Source: a virus
Taxonomy: Duplodnaviria; Caudoviricetes
Virus record (IMG/VR): IMGVR_UViG_3300021060_000007
Coordinates: 3,647 to 67,646 of that record
DNA: 64,000 bases
Direction: 5' to 3' (one strand)
Within the stretch, counting starts at the first letter, position 1, and every line of letters begins with the position of its first letter. The notes under the pieces were generated by a model. It searched no databases. It saw nothing but the letters and a program-made list of their open reading frames with translations, and had not been told where the DNA came from. This document shows, piece by piece, positions 37,440 through 47,115 of this stretch. The position numbers and the translations under genes are program-made.

Positions 37440-38732
37440 TTGAAGAATCCATTCCGCCGCCCGGCCAAGGCTCCAGAATTTGAGGAGAACGACCTTTCGG
37501 CCCTCCGAGACCTCCGGTTGGTTGAGCGTATTCCGTCCCCGCGACACCTTCCGCGCTTCTCGTTCGCTCATCTCTCGAAGCAGATCATCGGTATTCCCGA
37601 GGCCAACAGGCGCCTCTTCGGGCAGATTTCCAGGCAGGACGCCCTGCCGGCCGACGCCAGAAGGCTGAAGGTCAGATCCATTGGAGACGGGCATTTTTCC
37701 GCCATGCGGAGGTCGGTGTTTACCTCCGGCCTCGGCGATATACCCGTTGATGTGGTCTGCCTTGAGGATGCGATCGTCACGCCGCGAGGCTTCGTCATTC
37801 ACGGATCGAGCCTAGTTTGGGATGCGCATGCGCTTGGCCCCAACTGGCACGTCGGTGAGGAGTCGCTGTATCTGGTCAACGAACTGGCCGGCAATAATCT
37901 CGGCGGATACGACGCGTTCTGCGGCGAGATCAGCCATTGGAATGCAGAGAGTTACGAGACGCTGGAGGCCCCGGCCTTCCTCTTCAATGCTGGCTTGGCA
38001 ACGGTCAATTTCGCCCACCTGATCCACGACACGATCGCGCAGGTTCCGACTTTCCACGAGTGCACCATTCAGGTGCCCGACCTCGTCCCGTTTATGCCGG
38101 GGGCCGCCCTCGGTCTTCCGATCTCCGAAGAGATCCTGACCCGCACCATGGGGCGCCACGCAGAGCGGCGCGTGTTTGGCCATCATCGCTTCTGGCGGGT
38201 CAAGAAGCTCTACGTGCCGACGCCACTCTTCGACGACACTTCACGGCAAATATCGCGGGGCGCGATGCTGCGGATGCGCTCGCTTCTTGATGTCGCCCTC
38301 GCCGCGCATCCAGCCTCACCCCCTCGGGACCTGTTCATCTCGAGGACGAAATCCAGTCGGGGCCAGCACGAGCCGAGCGCCACGAACTACGGCGCCTTCT
38401 TGGAGCTTCTGGAAAAGCGTGGCTTCACGACAATCGACGCCTCCGAGATCGCCGGACCGGAGTACTTCGACACGTTCCGCGGCGGGCGGATATTCATCGG
38501 CCTTCATGGGGCCGGCCTCCTCAACAGCATGCTAGCGCCTCACGCGAGGCTGATCGAGTTGTCCGTCCCAGGCACGGCGCCTTGGGTGATCGAGCGGTTC
38601 GGTCTGCTCGCGCGCGGCGCTGACATGCCATTCGTGAAGGTGCCACCGAAGACAGTCGACGGCCAATCGCTGGAGCTCGACCTACCCGCCATTGATGCGG
38701 CGATCACCGCGCTTCGCGAAGACACCCCGTAG
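37440..38732 (+). CDS. Glycosyltransferase family 61 (DUF563) protein
   Basis: NFAHLIHD, LFISR, FIGLHGAGLLNSM; probable TTG start at 37440 after GGAG (ORF open from 37383). Confidence 0.85.
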   Translation: MKNPFRRPAKAPEFEENDLSALRDLRLVERIPSPRHLPRFSFAHLSKQIIGIPEANRRLFGQISRQDALPADARRLKVRSIGDGHFSAMRRSVFTSGLGDIPVDVVCLEDAIVTPRGFVIHGSSLVWDAHALGPNWHVGEESLYLVNELAGNNLGGYDAFCGEISHWNAESYETLEAPAFLFNAGLATVNFAHLIHDTIAQVPTFHECTIQVPDLVPFMPGAALGLPISEEILTRTMGRHAERRVFGHHRFWRVKKLYVPTPLFDDTSRQISRGAMLRMRSLLDVALAAHPASPPRDLFISRTKSSRGQHEPSATNYGAFLELLEKRGFTTIDASEIAGPEYFDTFRGGRIFIGLHGAGLLNSMLAPHARLIELSVPGTAPWVIERFGLLARGADMPFVKVPPKTVDGQSLELDLPAIDAAITALREDTP

Positions 38733-38780
38733 AGAGGCCGTCCCAAAGTGATGGGGGCTTCACGATCGAGTGAGACCCCC

Positions 38781-39581
38781 ATGGCAGCCGGACTTATCGG
38801 AGCGGCCGTTGGCCTGATTGGCGACGCGCTCGCGCCCTACGCGCTGATCTCGTCGCCGATGCGGTCCATCGGGACCATCGTCCCCGACGTTGCGATCTCG
38901 GAAGGCCATACGGACGATCTGGCGATCACGGACCATCCGGTTGAGACCGGAGCCGCGATCAGCGACCACGCTTTCAAGATTCCGTCGCGCGTCATCATGC
39001 GATGCGGTTTCTCGAACTCGACGGCCGGGACGGAGGGGTACGTTCAGCAGGTCGTTCAGCTCTTCGACTCGCTTCAGGTCAGTCGCAACCTCATCGACGT
39101 CTACACCGGCAAAAAGTTCTACCGGAACATGCTGGTAGAGCGTCTCGCCCATGAGACGGATGAGGGCACCGAAAACAGCCTCATCCTCATTGTGGGGCTG
39201 CGGCAAGTCCTCCTGACACAGACCCAGTCTCGCAGTGCCCCGAAAGAGGCGCAGGCGATGCCGGAAAAGACCGCGCCCACGACGGACAATGGGTCAACCC
39301 AGATGACGCCGTTGAGCGTGCCGGCGGACAGCTCTTTCGGGCTCTCGACAGCGGGCAACACCTCGTTTCTCGGAGGCGGTACCAGCCTCATCGGCGGCGG
39401 CGACGTTGAGATCGGCGAGATGATCTCGTTCGATCCGGCCAACCCGTCGACCACCTACGTCACGCCAGGCAGCGGGGAATCGTTCTCCGGCCCACTGTTC
39501 GCTCCGGGCGACACCGGCAATACGGCCCTGTTCGGCCGCTACCCCTCGGCGTTTGACGCCAAGGGGTTCAGCCTCTTTTGA
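38781..39581 (+). CDS. Tail tube initiator / Dit-like protein
   Basis: IVPDV.ISE.H.D.L.ITDHPVETGAAISDHAFK.P, TGKK.Y.NML. Confidence 0.85.
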   Translation: MAAGLIGAAVGLIGDALAPYALISSPMRSIGTIVPDVAISEGHTDDLAITDHPVETGAAISDHAFKIPSRVIMRCGFSNSTAGTEGYVQQVVQLFDSLQVSRNLIDVYTGKKFYRNMLVERLAHETDEGTENSLILIVGLRQVLLTQTQSRSAPKEAQAMPEKTAPTTDNGSTQMTPLSVPADSSFGLSTAGNTSFLGGGTSLIGGGDVEIGEMISFDPANPSTTYVTPGSGESFSGPLFAPGDTGNTALFGRYPSAFDAKGFSLF

Positions 39582-39590
39582 GGACGACGC

Positions 39591-40034
39591 ATGGCTTTCC
39601 CGTCGCCCTACGCCCCGACCGCCGACAACACCGCGATCACCGCCGATACGACCCGCTACACCGCGGATGGCGGCATCTTCGTCCCCTGGGCGTTCAACCC
39701 CGCCAGCCTGCGCAACGCCGGTACTACGCTCTACGAAATCCCCATCGCCAACGCGCCCTGCACCCTGAGCGTGGACCTGCCCGGCGGCACCTTCACCTTC
39801 CGGCTCGTCTACGCAGATGCGGAGGAGGGCGGCTGGATCCTCGACATCTCGGACGCGGCCGGCAACCCGCTGGTCTGCGGCATCCCCCTGGTGACGGGCC
39901 TGAACCTCCTGAAGCCCTACGCCTACCTCGGAATCGGTGGGCGCCTGTTCGTGATCGACGTGGCCGATCCGGCCTCGCCCCCAGGCTTCAACGACCTGGG
40001 CACGAACGCCCGGCTGTACTTCGAGGCCGCCTGA
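39591..40034 (+). CDS. Small baseplate protein
   Basis: YEIP, GW.LDI.D..G.PLV.GIPLVTG.NLL..Y.YLG.GG. Confidence 0.8.
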   Translation: MAFPSPYAPTADNTAITADTTRYTADGGIFVPWAFNPASLRNAGTTLYEIPIANAPCTLSVDLPGGTFTFRLVYADAEEGGWILDISDAAGNPLVCGIPLVTGLNLLKPYAYLGIGGRLFVIDVADPASPPGFNDLGTNARLYFEAA

Positions 40035-40990
40035 TGTCGCTGCAGTTCATCCGCCGCGCGAAAATCAATGTGGCCGGCACGGTGATCGAACTGACGGGCG
40101 CGGCCGACGCGAGGGACGACACGGCCTTGCGGGTTCGCTTCAACATCAAGGACTCGACCCTCCAGGCGCCGCGCGTCGCCGAGATCCGCATCACGAACCT
40201 GAGCGACAGCACGTCGAAGAAGCTGCTGGGCCAGAAGGGCAAGACCGTCGAGTTGGACGCCGGCTACCTCGAAGGCATGGGACGAATTTTCAAGGGCGAG
40301 ATCAAACAGGTCCGCATGGGCCGCGAGACGCCGACCGACACCTACCTCGACGTGTTCGCTGCGACCCAGGAGCGGGCCTACAACAACGCCATCGTGAACA
40401 AGACCCTGCCAGCCGGCTCGACGGGGCAGGACATCTACAAGGCCTGCCTCGACGCGATGAAGCCTTTCGGGGTGGCGCAGGGGCAGATCCCCGACGCGCT
40501 CGCCAAGATGAAATACCCGCGCCCCGTGACGCTGTTCGGCATGGCCCGCGACCACCTCCGCACGCTGGCCTACTCGGCCGGCTGCACCTGGAACATCCGC
40601 GACGACAACCTCGACGTGATCCCGAAGGACGGCGCGCGGGATGGCGGGGCCATTGTCCTGAACTCGCGCACCGGGCTGATCGGCCTGCCGGCGCAGACGG
40701 AGCAGGGCATCCTGGCCCGCTGCCTCATCAACACCCGGATCGGCATCAACTCGACGGTCCAGATCGACCAGAAGAGCATCCAGCAGGCCGCGCAGAACCT
40801 CTCCTACGGCGGCGAGCCCTTCAACTCCGAGCCGTACCTGCCCTCGCTGGCAGCCGACGGCCTCTACCGCGTAGTCGGCATGGACCACATCGGCGATACC
40901 CGGGGTCCGCCCTGGTACTGCGAGCTCTACTGCATCGCCAAGAGCGGCGCCGGACCGACCAAGTCGCAGATCTCGATGGGCTGGAACTGA
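40034..40990 (+). CDS. Baseplate hub paralog 2 (canonical position)
   Basis: VELDAGY, IFKGEIKQ, PRPVTLFGMAR, LNSRTGLIG, AADGLYRV, GPPWYCELYC. Confidence 0.85.
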   Translation: MSLQFIRRAKINVAGTVIELTGAADARDDTALRVRFNIKDSTLQAPRVAEIRITNLSDSTSKKLLGQKGKTVELDAGYLEGMGRIFKGEIKQVRMGRETPTDTYLDVFAATQERAYNNAIVNKTLPAGSTGQDIYKACLDAMKPFGVAQGQIPDALAKMKYPRPVTLFGMARDHLRTLAYSAGCTWNIRDDNLDVIPKDGARDGGAIVLNSRTGLIGLPAQTEQGILARCLINTRIGINSTVQIDQKSIQQAAQNLSYGGEPFNSEPYLPSLAADGLYRVVGMDHIGDTRGPPWYCELYCIAKSGAGPTKSQISMGWN

Positions 40991-40992
40991 CG

Positions 40993-41871
40993 ATGGACCT
41001 GCGCGAGCGCATCCTCGAACTCGGCGGCACGGCCGACTTCGAGGAGATCATCCGAGCGGCAATCCAGGCTGAGAACCGCAACACCTACACCATGCTGCCC
41101 GTGACCATCACGAAGGACTCGGACGGCAAAAAGGCCATGCTCCAGCCGACCGTGAAGGCGCAGACGCGCGACGCGGACGGCAACCTGAAGCACGTCGACC
41201 TTCCCGAGGTGGAAGGCATCGTCCACTTCATGGGCGGCGGCGGCATGACGGCGACGTTCCCGATCAAGCAGGGCGGAGAAGGCATGGTCCTGTTCGCCTC
41301 CCGCGCCATCGACGCCTGACACCAGTCCGGTGGCTCGCAGCAGGCCGTGGACACCCGCTCGCACCACCTCTCGGATGGCATCTTCCTCCCCGGCCTGCGC
41401 TCCCAGCCGCGCGACCTGAAGGACATCAACACCGAGGCGGCCGAGACCCGGACCGACGACGGCAAGCACAAGACCTCCGTCCACCCGAAGAACGGCGTGG
41501 CCGTCTCCGTCGAGGGCGGCAAGCACACCATGGCGTGGCACCCGGAGAACGGAATCGCCGCGTCCGTCGATAGCGGCAAGCACACCCTCAACCTGAACCC
41601 CGCCTCCGGCATCTCCATGAAGACCGCGATGAAGCTCGCTGTCGACGCGACGTCCGGCATCGACATGAAGGGTGCGCTGGCCGTGGACGGAAAGGTGACA
41701 TCGACCCTGCCCATCGGCGCCGGCGTGCTGCAGGGCATCCTGCAGGGCGGCATCGGGGCCGTCATCGGCGCGCTGATGACTGGCGCGCTGTTCGCCGCCT
41801 ACGGCGCCCAGGCGCCTCACGAGGGCTACCAGACTGCCCGCTACGCGCTCGCCGCGTTCTGGGGCCGCTGA
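40993..41871 (+). pseudogene. Baseplate spike paralog 2, interrupted by an in-frame TGA at 41317-41319 (pseudogene, readthrough, or sequence error)
   Basis: RAIDA*HQSGGSQQAVDTRSHHLSDG aligns with paralog 1 AAFDAWRESGGVQQAVSTRTHQLSDG; the frame continues to 41871. Confidence 0.75.
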
Positions 41872-42221
41872 TGCGAGTCCGCAAGGTCGACGAGAACGGC
41901 GACATGCAGTTCGGCCGCAACCAAGCCGACTACCACCGGGACAGCCCCGAGGGCGTCGCCCAGATCGCGCAGTCTCGCCTGCAGCTCTACCGCGGCGAGT
42001 GGTTCCGGGACACGACCGATGGCACTCCGTGGCGCACGGAGGTGCTGGGCAAGTACACCGGGCCAACCCGCGACCTCGTCATTCGCTCGCGCATCCTCGG
42101 CACCCCGGGGCTGACCAGCATCGACGCCTACGCGAGCCAGCTGAACCGCGACACCCGCGCGTTCGCGGCCCAGGTGACGATCTCCACGCAGTACGGCCCC
42201 ATCAGCTTTCAGGCGTCCTGA
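41871..42221 (+). CDS. Baseplate wedge initiator (gp46/gpW-like)
   Basis: MRVRKVDENGD..FG, RL.L..GEWF.DT..GTPW. Confidence 0.85.
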   Translation: MRVRKVDENGDMQFGRNQADYHRDSPEGVAQIAQSRLQLYRGEWFRDTTDGTPWRTEVLGKYTGPTRDLVIRSRILGTPGLTSIDAYASQLNRDTRAFAAQVTISTQYGPISFQAS

Positions 42222-42224
42222 CCG

Positions 42225-43415
42225 ATGGCATCCACTCCCCTCGTCACCATTGACGCGACCGGCATCCACATGCCGGCGGAGGCCGATGTGCAGGCGTTCT
42301 TCCAGGCGGCGTTCCGAGGCATCTACGGGCAGGACGTCTACCTCGGAAACGACTGCCAGGACGGGCAGTGGGTGCAGCTCATCGCCAGCGCCTTTCACGA
42401 TGCGAACGCGGTGGCCGTGTCGGTCTACAACTCGTTCTCCCCCGCGGGCGCGCAGGGCGTCGGCCTCGACCGCATCGTGAAGATCAACGGGCTCACCCGA
42501 TCGGGCGCGACCCGGTCCAGCGTCGATCTGCGCCTCATCGGCCAAGCCGGCGCGACGATCACGGGCGGCATCGCGGCCGACGGGGCCGGGACGCAGTGGG
42601 TGCTCCCCGCCCTCGTCACCTTCCCGCTTGCCGGCGAAATCACGGTGACGGCGACAGCCGCCGACCTCGGCGCCATCGCGGCGGCGGCGGGCACCATCAC
42701 CAGCATCGCAACCCCAACCTTCGGCTGGCAGAGCGTGACGAACCCCGCAGCGGCCACCCCCGGCCTGCCGGTGGAGAGCGACGCGGCCCTGCGTCAGCGC
42801 CAGACTCTCTCGACCACGCTCGCCGCGCGGACGCTCCTCGAGGGCGTCGCCGGCACCATCGCCGCGATGGAGGGCGTCGCCCGCTTCCGGGTCTACGAGA
42901 ACGACCTAGACCAGACGGACGACAATGGCCTGCCGGGCCACAGCATCGCCTTTGTCGTCGACGGCGGCGACGCCCAGATGATCGCGGCGCTGATCGCGGC
43001 CCGGAAGGGGCCCGGCGTCTCGACCTACGGCACGACGAAGGTCACCACCGGCGACCGGCTCGGCATCGCCCGCGCCATCGCGTTCTCCCGCCCCGTGGCG
43101 GTCCCCGTGGCCTACGGCGTCAGCCTCAAGGCGCTGAAGGGCTACAACCTCGAGGTCCAGGCCAAGATCGCCCAGGCGCTCACGGACTGGACCGTCGGCC
43201 TCGGGATCGGCGGTGGGCAGGACGGCGCGCTGCTGCTGACCCGGGCGTATGGGCCGGCCCTGCTGCGGGGCGACCCGGCCGAGCGCACCTTCGAGATCCT
43301 GTCCTTATCGGTGGGGCTCGATGGGCAACCCCTCGGGTCGGCCGACTTTCCGTTCCGCTTCGACGAGGCGCCGACCTGTGACCCGGCCTCCATCTTCTTC
43401 ACGGTGACGCAGTGA
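42225..43415 (+). CDS. Baseplate J-like wedge protein
   Basis: IYGQDVYL..D.QDGQ, GVGLDRIV..NG..R, VESDAALRQR, HSI..VVDGG. Confidence 0.9.
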   Translation: MASTPLVTIDATGIHMPAEADVQAFFQAAFRGIYGQDVYLGNDCQDGQWVQLIASAFHDANAVAVSVYNSFSPAGAQGVGLDRIVKINGLTRSGATRSSVDLRLIGQAGATITGGIAADGAGTQWVLPALVTFPLAGEITVTATAADLGAIAAAAGTITSIATPTFGWQSVTNPAAATPGLPVESDAALRQRQTLSTTLAARTLLEGVAGTIAAMEGVARFRVYENDLDQTDDNGLPGHSIAFVVDGGDAQMIAALIAARKGPGVSTYGTTKVTTGDRLGIARAIAFSRPVAVPVAYGVSLKALKGYNLEVQAKIAQALTDWTVGLGIGGGQDGALLLTRAYGPALLRGDPAERTFEILSLSVGLDGQPLGSADFPFRFDEAPTCDPASIFFTVTQ

Positions 43416-44266
43416 GCGAGCCCGGCGACCAGTACGTCGCCCTCATCACGAGCTGGCATCGCGGGAAAGCGCGGTTCACCGAGACGGTCCGCGCGTCCGT
43501 CAGCCCCGTCGCCGAGGCGCAGAGGGCCATCGCGGGCGTCGGCCCGGCTTTCGACCTCGACAGCGCCATCGGCGTGCAGCTCGACACTCTCGGTGGCTAC
43601 ATCGGCCGCACGCGCGAGATCTCCTACCCGGTCCGGGGCAACTACTTTGCCCTGGACGATCCCGACCGCGGCCTCGACGTTGGCGTCTGGCGCGGGCCGT
43701 TCGACACGATCATCGGCGCCTTCACCCTGGAGGATGAACGCTACCGCCGGCTTCTCAAGGCCAAGGCCATCGCCAACCGCCAGGACGGCACGCTGGCTGG
43801 CGCGCAGGACGTGCTGGACGCATACTTCACCGATCCAGACACGCGGGTGGTGATCGAGGACCGGACCGAGGCCCACACGCCGGAGACGTTCTTCGCCTTC
43901 GACATCGACGGTCGGGGCTTCGACGCCGCGCTGATCGAACCGCACATCTTCGCGTTCGACACCCCAGGCCGCGGCCTCGACCAGTCCCGCTGGATCGGTC
44001 CGAACGAGATCGACGCCAGTCGGACCTCTCTGGATATGGAGATCACCGTCACGGTGTCGGGCAAGATGCCGGACGCCATCGACCTTGCCATCCTCGCCAA
44101 CCGCCTCCTGCCGATCAAGCCGGCCGGCGTTCAGATGGAGACGATGGTCACCTCGACCGATGACGCCCCGCTGTTCGGCTTCGACCTCAACGGCGAATCC
44201 GTCGGCGGCTTCGACCGCGGCGCCTTCGGGGTGACCCCGCAGTACCTCCAGGGCGCGTCCGTCTAG
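43412..44266 (+). CDS. Baseplate wedge protein (DUF2612)
   Basis: Y..LITS.H..K.RF, FDLDSA.GVQLD.LG, D..YR.LLKAK..N, P.KPAGV. Confidence 0.85.
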   Translation: MSEPGDQYVALITSWHRGKARFTETVRASVSPVAEAQRAIAGVGPAFDLDSAIGVQLDTLGGYIGRTREISYPVRGNYFALDDPDRGLDVGVWRGPFDTIIGAFTLEDERYRRLLKAKAIANRQDGTLAGAQDVLDAYFTDPDTRVVIEDRTEAHTPETFFAFDIDGRGFDAALIEPHIFAFDTPGRGLDQSRWIGPNEIDASRTSLDMEITVTVSGKMPDAIDLAILANRLLPIKPAGVQMETMVTSTDDAPLFGFDLNGESVGGFDRGAFGVTPQYLQGASV

Positions 44267-44300
44267 GCCCTTCCGACCCCTCTCAGCCCATCCTCACGAC

Positions 44301-44325
44301 CCTGCCTGACCGGCGGGGTTTCCAG
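44301..44325 (+). terminator. Hairpin between the baseplate and tail fibre genes
   Basis: CCCTGCC-TGACC-GGCGGGG followed by TTT. Confidence 0.45.
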
Positions 44326-44346
44326 ACCTGCCCGTTGGGAGCCCCC

Positions 44347-45669
44347 ATGGCCAACGTCAACCAGTTCCTGCCCTTCGGCACGTCCACCGGGGCCAACGTC
44401 CTCGCGCAGTCGGCCTACGCCGCCCTGGCGAGCCGGCTGACCGGCTTCGTCGCCGGCACCGCCTATTCGGAGCAGTTCAACAAGGCGCTCCGGCAGGGCA
44501 CGGCCATGGCCTCGGCCCTGGGCGCGTTCACTTCGGCCCGGGGCCCGCGCGACGCGCGCGACGACGGCGACATTGGCGCCCTGGCCGACAGCTTCGCGGC
44601 GGCGGTGGCACAGTTCCAGGACGCCGCGAAGTTCGCGAACGATACCGGCGTCATCAACAACTACGTCGCCAACCTCGACCCAGCGCCGGGCGCCTACTAC
44701 GAGGGCATGACCGTCTGCCTCGTGCCACAGTCCAGCAACACGGACGCGGCCTACCTCTCGGTGAACGGCCTCGGCAACCGCGAGATCCGGCGCAACAACG
44801 GCACGCCGATCCAGAGCGGCGATCTTCCCCAGGGCGCCCCGGCGGTCCTGCGCTACATCGGCGGTGCCGTCGGCGGCTTCTTCCGGCTCACCAGCTTGGC
44901 GCAGGGCGAGGCCCAGCGCGTCGTCGCCAGCCCGATCCTCTACGTCCGCACCGACGGCTCGGACGCCAACAAGGGCACCGACAACACTCCGTCCAAGGCC
45001 TTCGCCTCCATCGGCGCGGCCTACAACTACGGCATCACCTACCTCGTCCTGACGGGCCAGCCGCTCACGATCCAGCTCGGCACGCCCGGCACCTACGCCG
45101 CGCCGACCGGCCTGCGCCCCAACTCGAACATCGTCATCCAGGGCGATCTGAGCAATCAGGCGGCCTACACCATCAGTGGGTCGCTCGGCGCGTCGGGCAG
45201 CGCCGGCATCGATTTCCGGGGCGTCACCCTTCAGAATAACAGCGCGTCGGGCAACGTCCTGACCACCAACGGCGGCATCAACGTCGCCCTGCTGAACGTC
45301 ACCCTCACTACGACGACCACGACGACGGGCGCGCACATCAACGCCGGCCCCGGCTCGACCGTGAACGTCCAGGCGGGCTGCATCTTCTCGGGATCGTCGG
45401 CCAGCCTGTTCTCGGCCGGCGGCGGCACGATCAACTTCGCCGCAGCCGTGGTCATCATCCAGGGCTCGCCGACCTTCTCCATCGCGGCGGCCTACGCCAA
45501 CGGCGGCGGACAGATCTTCGTCACGCCCGGCTGCAGCTTCTCGGGCGCCGCCACGGGCACCCGCTACTTCGCCAATTTGAACGGCGTGATCATCGTTTAC
45601 GGGGCCGGCGCATCCGTCTTCCCCGGCACGGTGGCCGGCGCGACCCAGAACGGAGGGCAGTATGCCTGA
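44347..45669 (+). CDS. Tail fibre/spike protein with beta-helix-like C-terminus
   Basis: N.FLPF....GANV..Q..Y....GF..G.A.S.Q.NKALRQ N-terminus; YVRTDGSDANKG and G/S/T-rich repeats. Confidence 0.85.
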   Translation: MANVNQFLPFGTSTGANVLAQSAYAALASRLTGFVAGTAYSEQFNKALRQGTAMASALGAFTSARGPRDARDDGDIGALADSFAAAVAQFQDAAKFANDTGVINNYVANLDPAPGAYYEGMTVCLVPQSSNTDAAYLSVNGLGNREIRRNNGTPIQSGDLPQGAPAVLRYIGGAVGGFFRLTSLAQGEAQRVVASPILYVRTDGSDANKGTDNTPSKAFASIGAAYNYGITYLVLTGQPLTIQLGTPGTYAAPTGLRPNSNIVIQGDLSNQAAYTISGSLGASGSAGIDFRGVTLQNNSASGNVLTTNGGINVALLNVTLTTTTTTTGAHINAGPGSTVNVQAGCIFSGSSASLFSAGGGTINFAAAVVIIQGSPTFSIAAAYANGGGQIFVTPGCSFSGAATGTRYFANLNGVIIVYGAGASVFPGTVAGATQNGGQYA

Positions 45670-46252
45670 GACCCAAGCCGCCGAAGATATCCTGCCGCGC
45701 ACCGTCCCGCCGCTCTATCGGCCGGGCAGCTGGTACTGGCTGCGCGAGGACGGCGCCGTCTACTCGTCCGACCGTGGTGCCGTCATTGCCGAGGGCGATG
45801 CGGAGTATTCCTCGTGGACCTCGACCGGCCAGCGCGCGACGCCCTGGCCGAAGGATGCCGACGGCAACCAGACGCTCGCCGCCTTGCAGGCCGTCCTGCC
45901 CGAAGGCACCTACGCCTCCCTCGACGACTACGCCGCCAAGGTGCTCGCCGATGCGCAGGCGGCCGGCGTCGAGGTGAACGGCGTCCGCGTCCCGACCGAC
46001 CTCGACAGCCAGAGCCACCTCACCAACGCCTTCACCTTCGCCAGCTTGGTGGGCGATGAGACGGTCGCCTACTCGGACGCGACCGGCCCCGTCAGCCTGT
46101 CGCTCGCCGAGGCCAAGACCCGGATCATCGCCATCGGCCAGCACATGAAGGCGTGCACCGCCGTGGCCGAGCAGGTCCGCGCCAACATCGCCGCGAACAA
46201 GATCCGGGCGAAGTCGGGCGTCGACAAAGCCTTCGCCGAGCTGATGAACTGA
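45662..46252 (+). CDS. Tail fibre assembly-type protein (DUF4376-like C-terminus)
   Basis: WYW....VYSS, PTPWP-like segment, GVEVNG..VPTD.DSQ..L. Confidence 0.7.
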   Translation: MPETQAAEDILPRTVPPLYRPGSWYWLREDGAVYSSDRGAVIAEGDAEYSSWTSTGQRATPWPKDADGNQTLAALQAVLPEGTYASLDDYAAKVLADAQAAGVEVNGVRVPTDLDSQSHLTNAFTFASLVGDETVAYSDATGPVSLSLAEAKTRIIAIGQHMKACTAVAEQVRANIAANKIRAKSGVDKAFAELMN

Positions 46253-46259
46253 GCGCCCA

Positions 46260-47105
46260 ATGTCGCAACAGATCATCATCGTTGGGGCGACCGCGAACGA
46301 CCGGACCGGCGATCCGATCCGCGATGCGTTCCGCAAGGCCAACGCGAACTTCTCCGAGCTTTACGACGCCGTCGCGGCCATTGACCCGAAGGTGGCGGAT
46401 GCGGTGGCGGCGGCCATCGCGGCGCTCGTCATCGGGGATGTGGCGGGCCTGCAATCGGCGCTCGACAGCAAGGCGACGCCGGCCGACATCCAGGCCGCCG
46501 TCACGGCGCTCATCGCGAGCGCACCCGGCGCCCTTGATACCCTCAACGAACTCGCGCTCGCACTCGGGAACGACCCGAACTTCGCGACGACGATCACGAA
46601 TGCCCTGGCGGCCAAGGCGCCCCTGGCGTCCCCGGCCTTCACCGGCACACCGACGGTGCCGAGCCCTCCGCTGGGCGACAACAGCCAGCGTGCGGTCAAC
46701 TCGGCGTGGGTCACCGCTCTGGTAGCCCAGGTCGCGCAGGGCATCTCCTACAAGAGCCCCGGCGACACGAACACGACGCTTCTCAGCACCGACCGCATCA
46801 TCGTCGTGGCGACGCCCCTGACGGCGCCGCGCACGTGGACCCTGCCCACGGCCGCTTCCGTCTCCAACGGCGTCCAGTACCGCATCCTCGACATCGTGGG
46901 CGGCATCTCGAGCGCCAACACCCTCACCATCGCGGCGGCAGGCGGCGACACGATCAACGGCCTGCCGACGCGCGTCCTGGCGTCGCCTCGGGCCGAGGCC
47001 GTGCTGATGTCGGACGGCGCGTCGACCTGGTCATTCCCGGTCAACGGCGACACGGCCCGCGCCCTCCGCGTCGCCCGCCTCTACACCGCCGCCACCTTCC
47101 CCTGA
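46260..47105 (+). CDS. Tail appendage protein with T4 gp9/gp10-like N-terminus and fibre repeat
   Basis: IIVGATANDRTGDPIRDAFRKANANFSELY; APGALDTLNELALALGNDPNF..KAPLASPAFTGTPT. Confidence 0.75.
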   Translation: MSQQIIIVGATANDRTGDPIRDAFRKANANFSELYDAVAAIDPKVADAVAAAIAALVIGDVAGLQSALDSKATPADIQAAVTALIASAPGALDTLNELALALGNDPNFATTITNALAAKAPLASPAFTGTPTVPSPPLGDNSQRAVNSAWVTALVAQVAQGISYKSPGDTNTTLLSTDRIIVVATPLTAPRTWTLPTAASVSNGVQYRILDIVGGISSANTLTIAAAGGDTINGLPTRVLASPRAEAVLMSDGASTWSFPVNGDTARALRVARLYTAATFP

Positions 47106-47115
47106 GAGATCCCAC

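Noticed and set aside
41317-41319. Genome-wide alternative genetic code (TGA = Trp or Sec)
   Set aside because: TGA is used as the normal stop for most neighbouring genes and TGG encodes Trp throughout; the site is an isolated case
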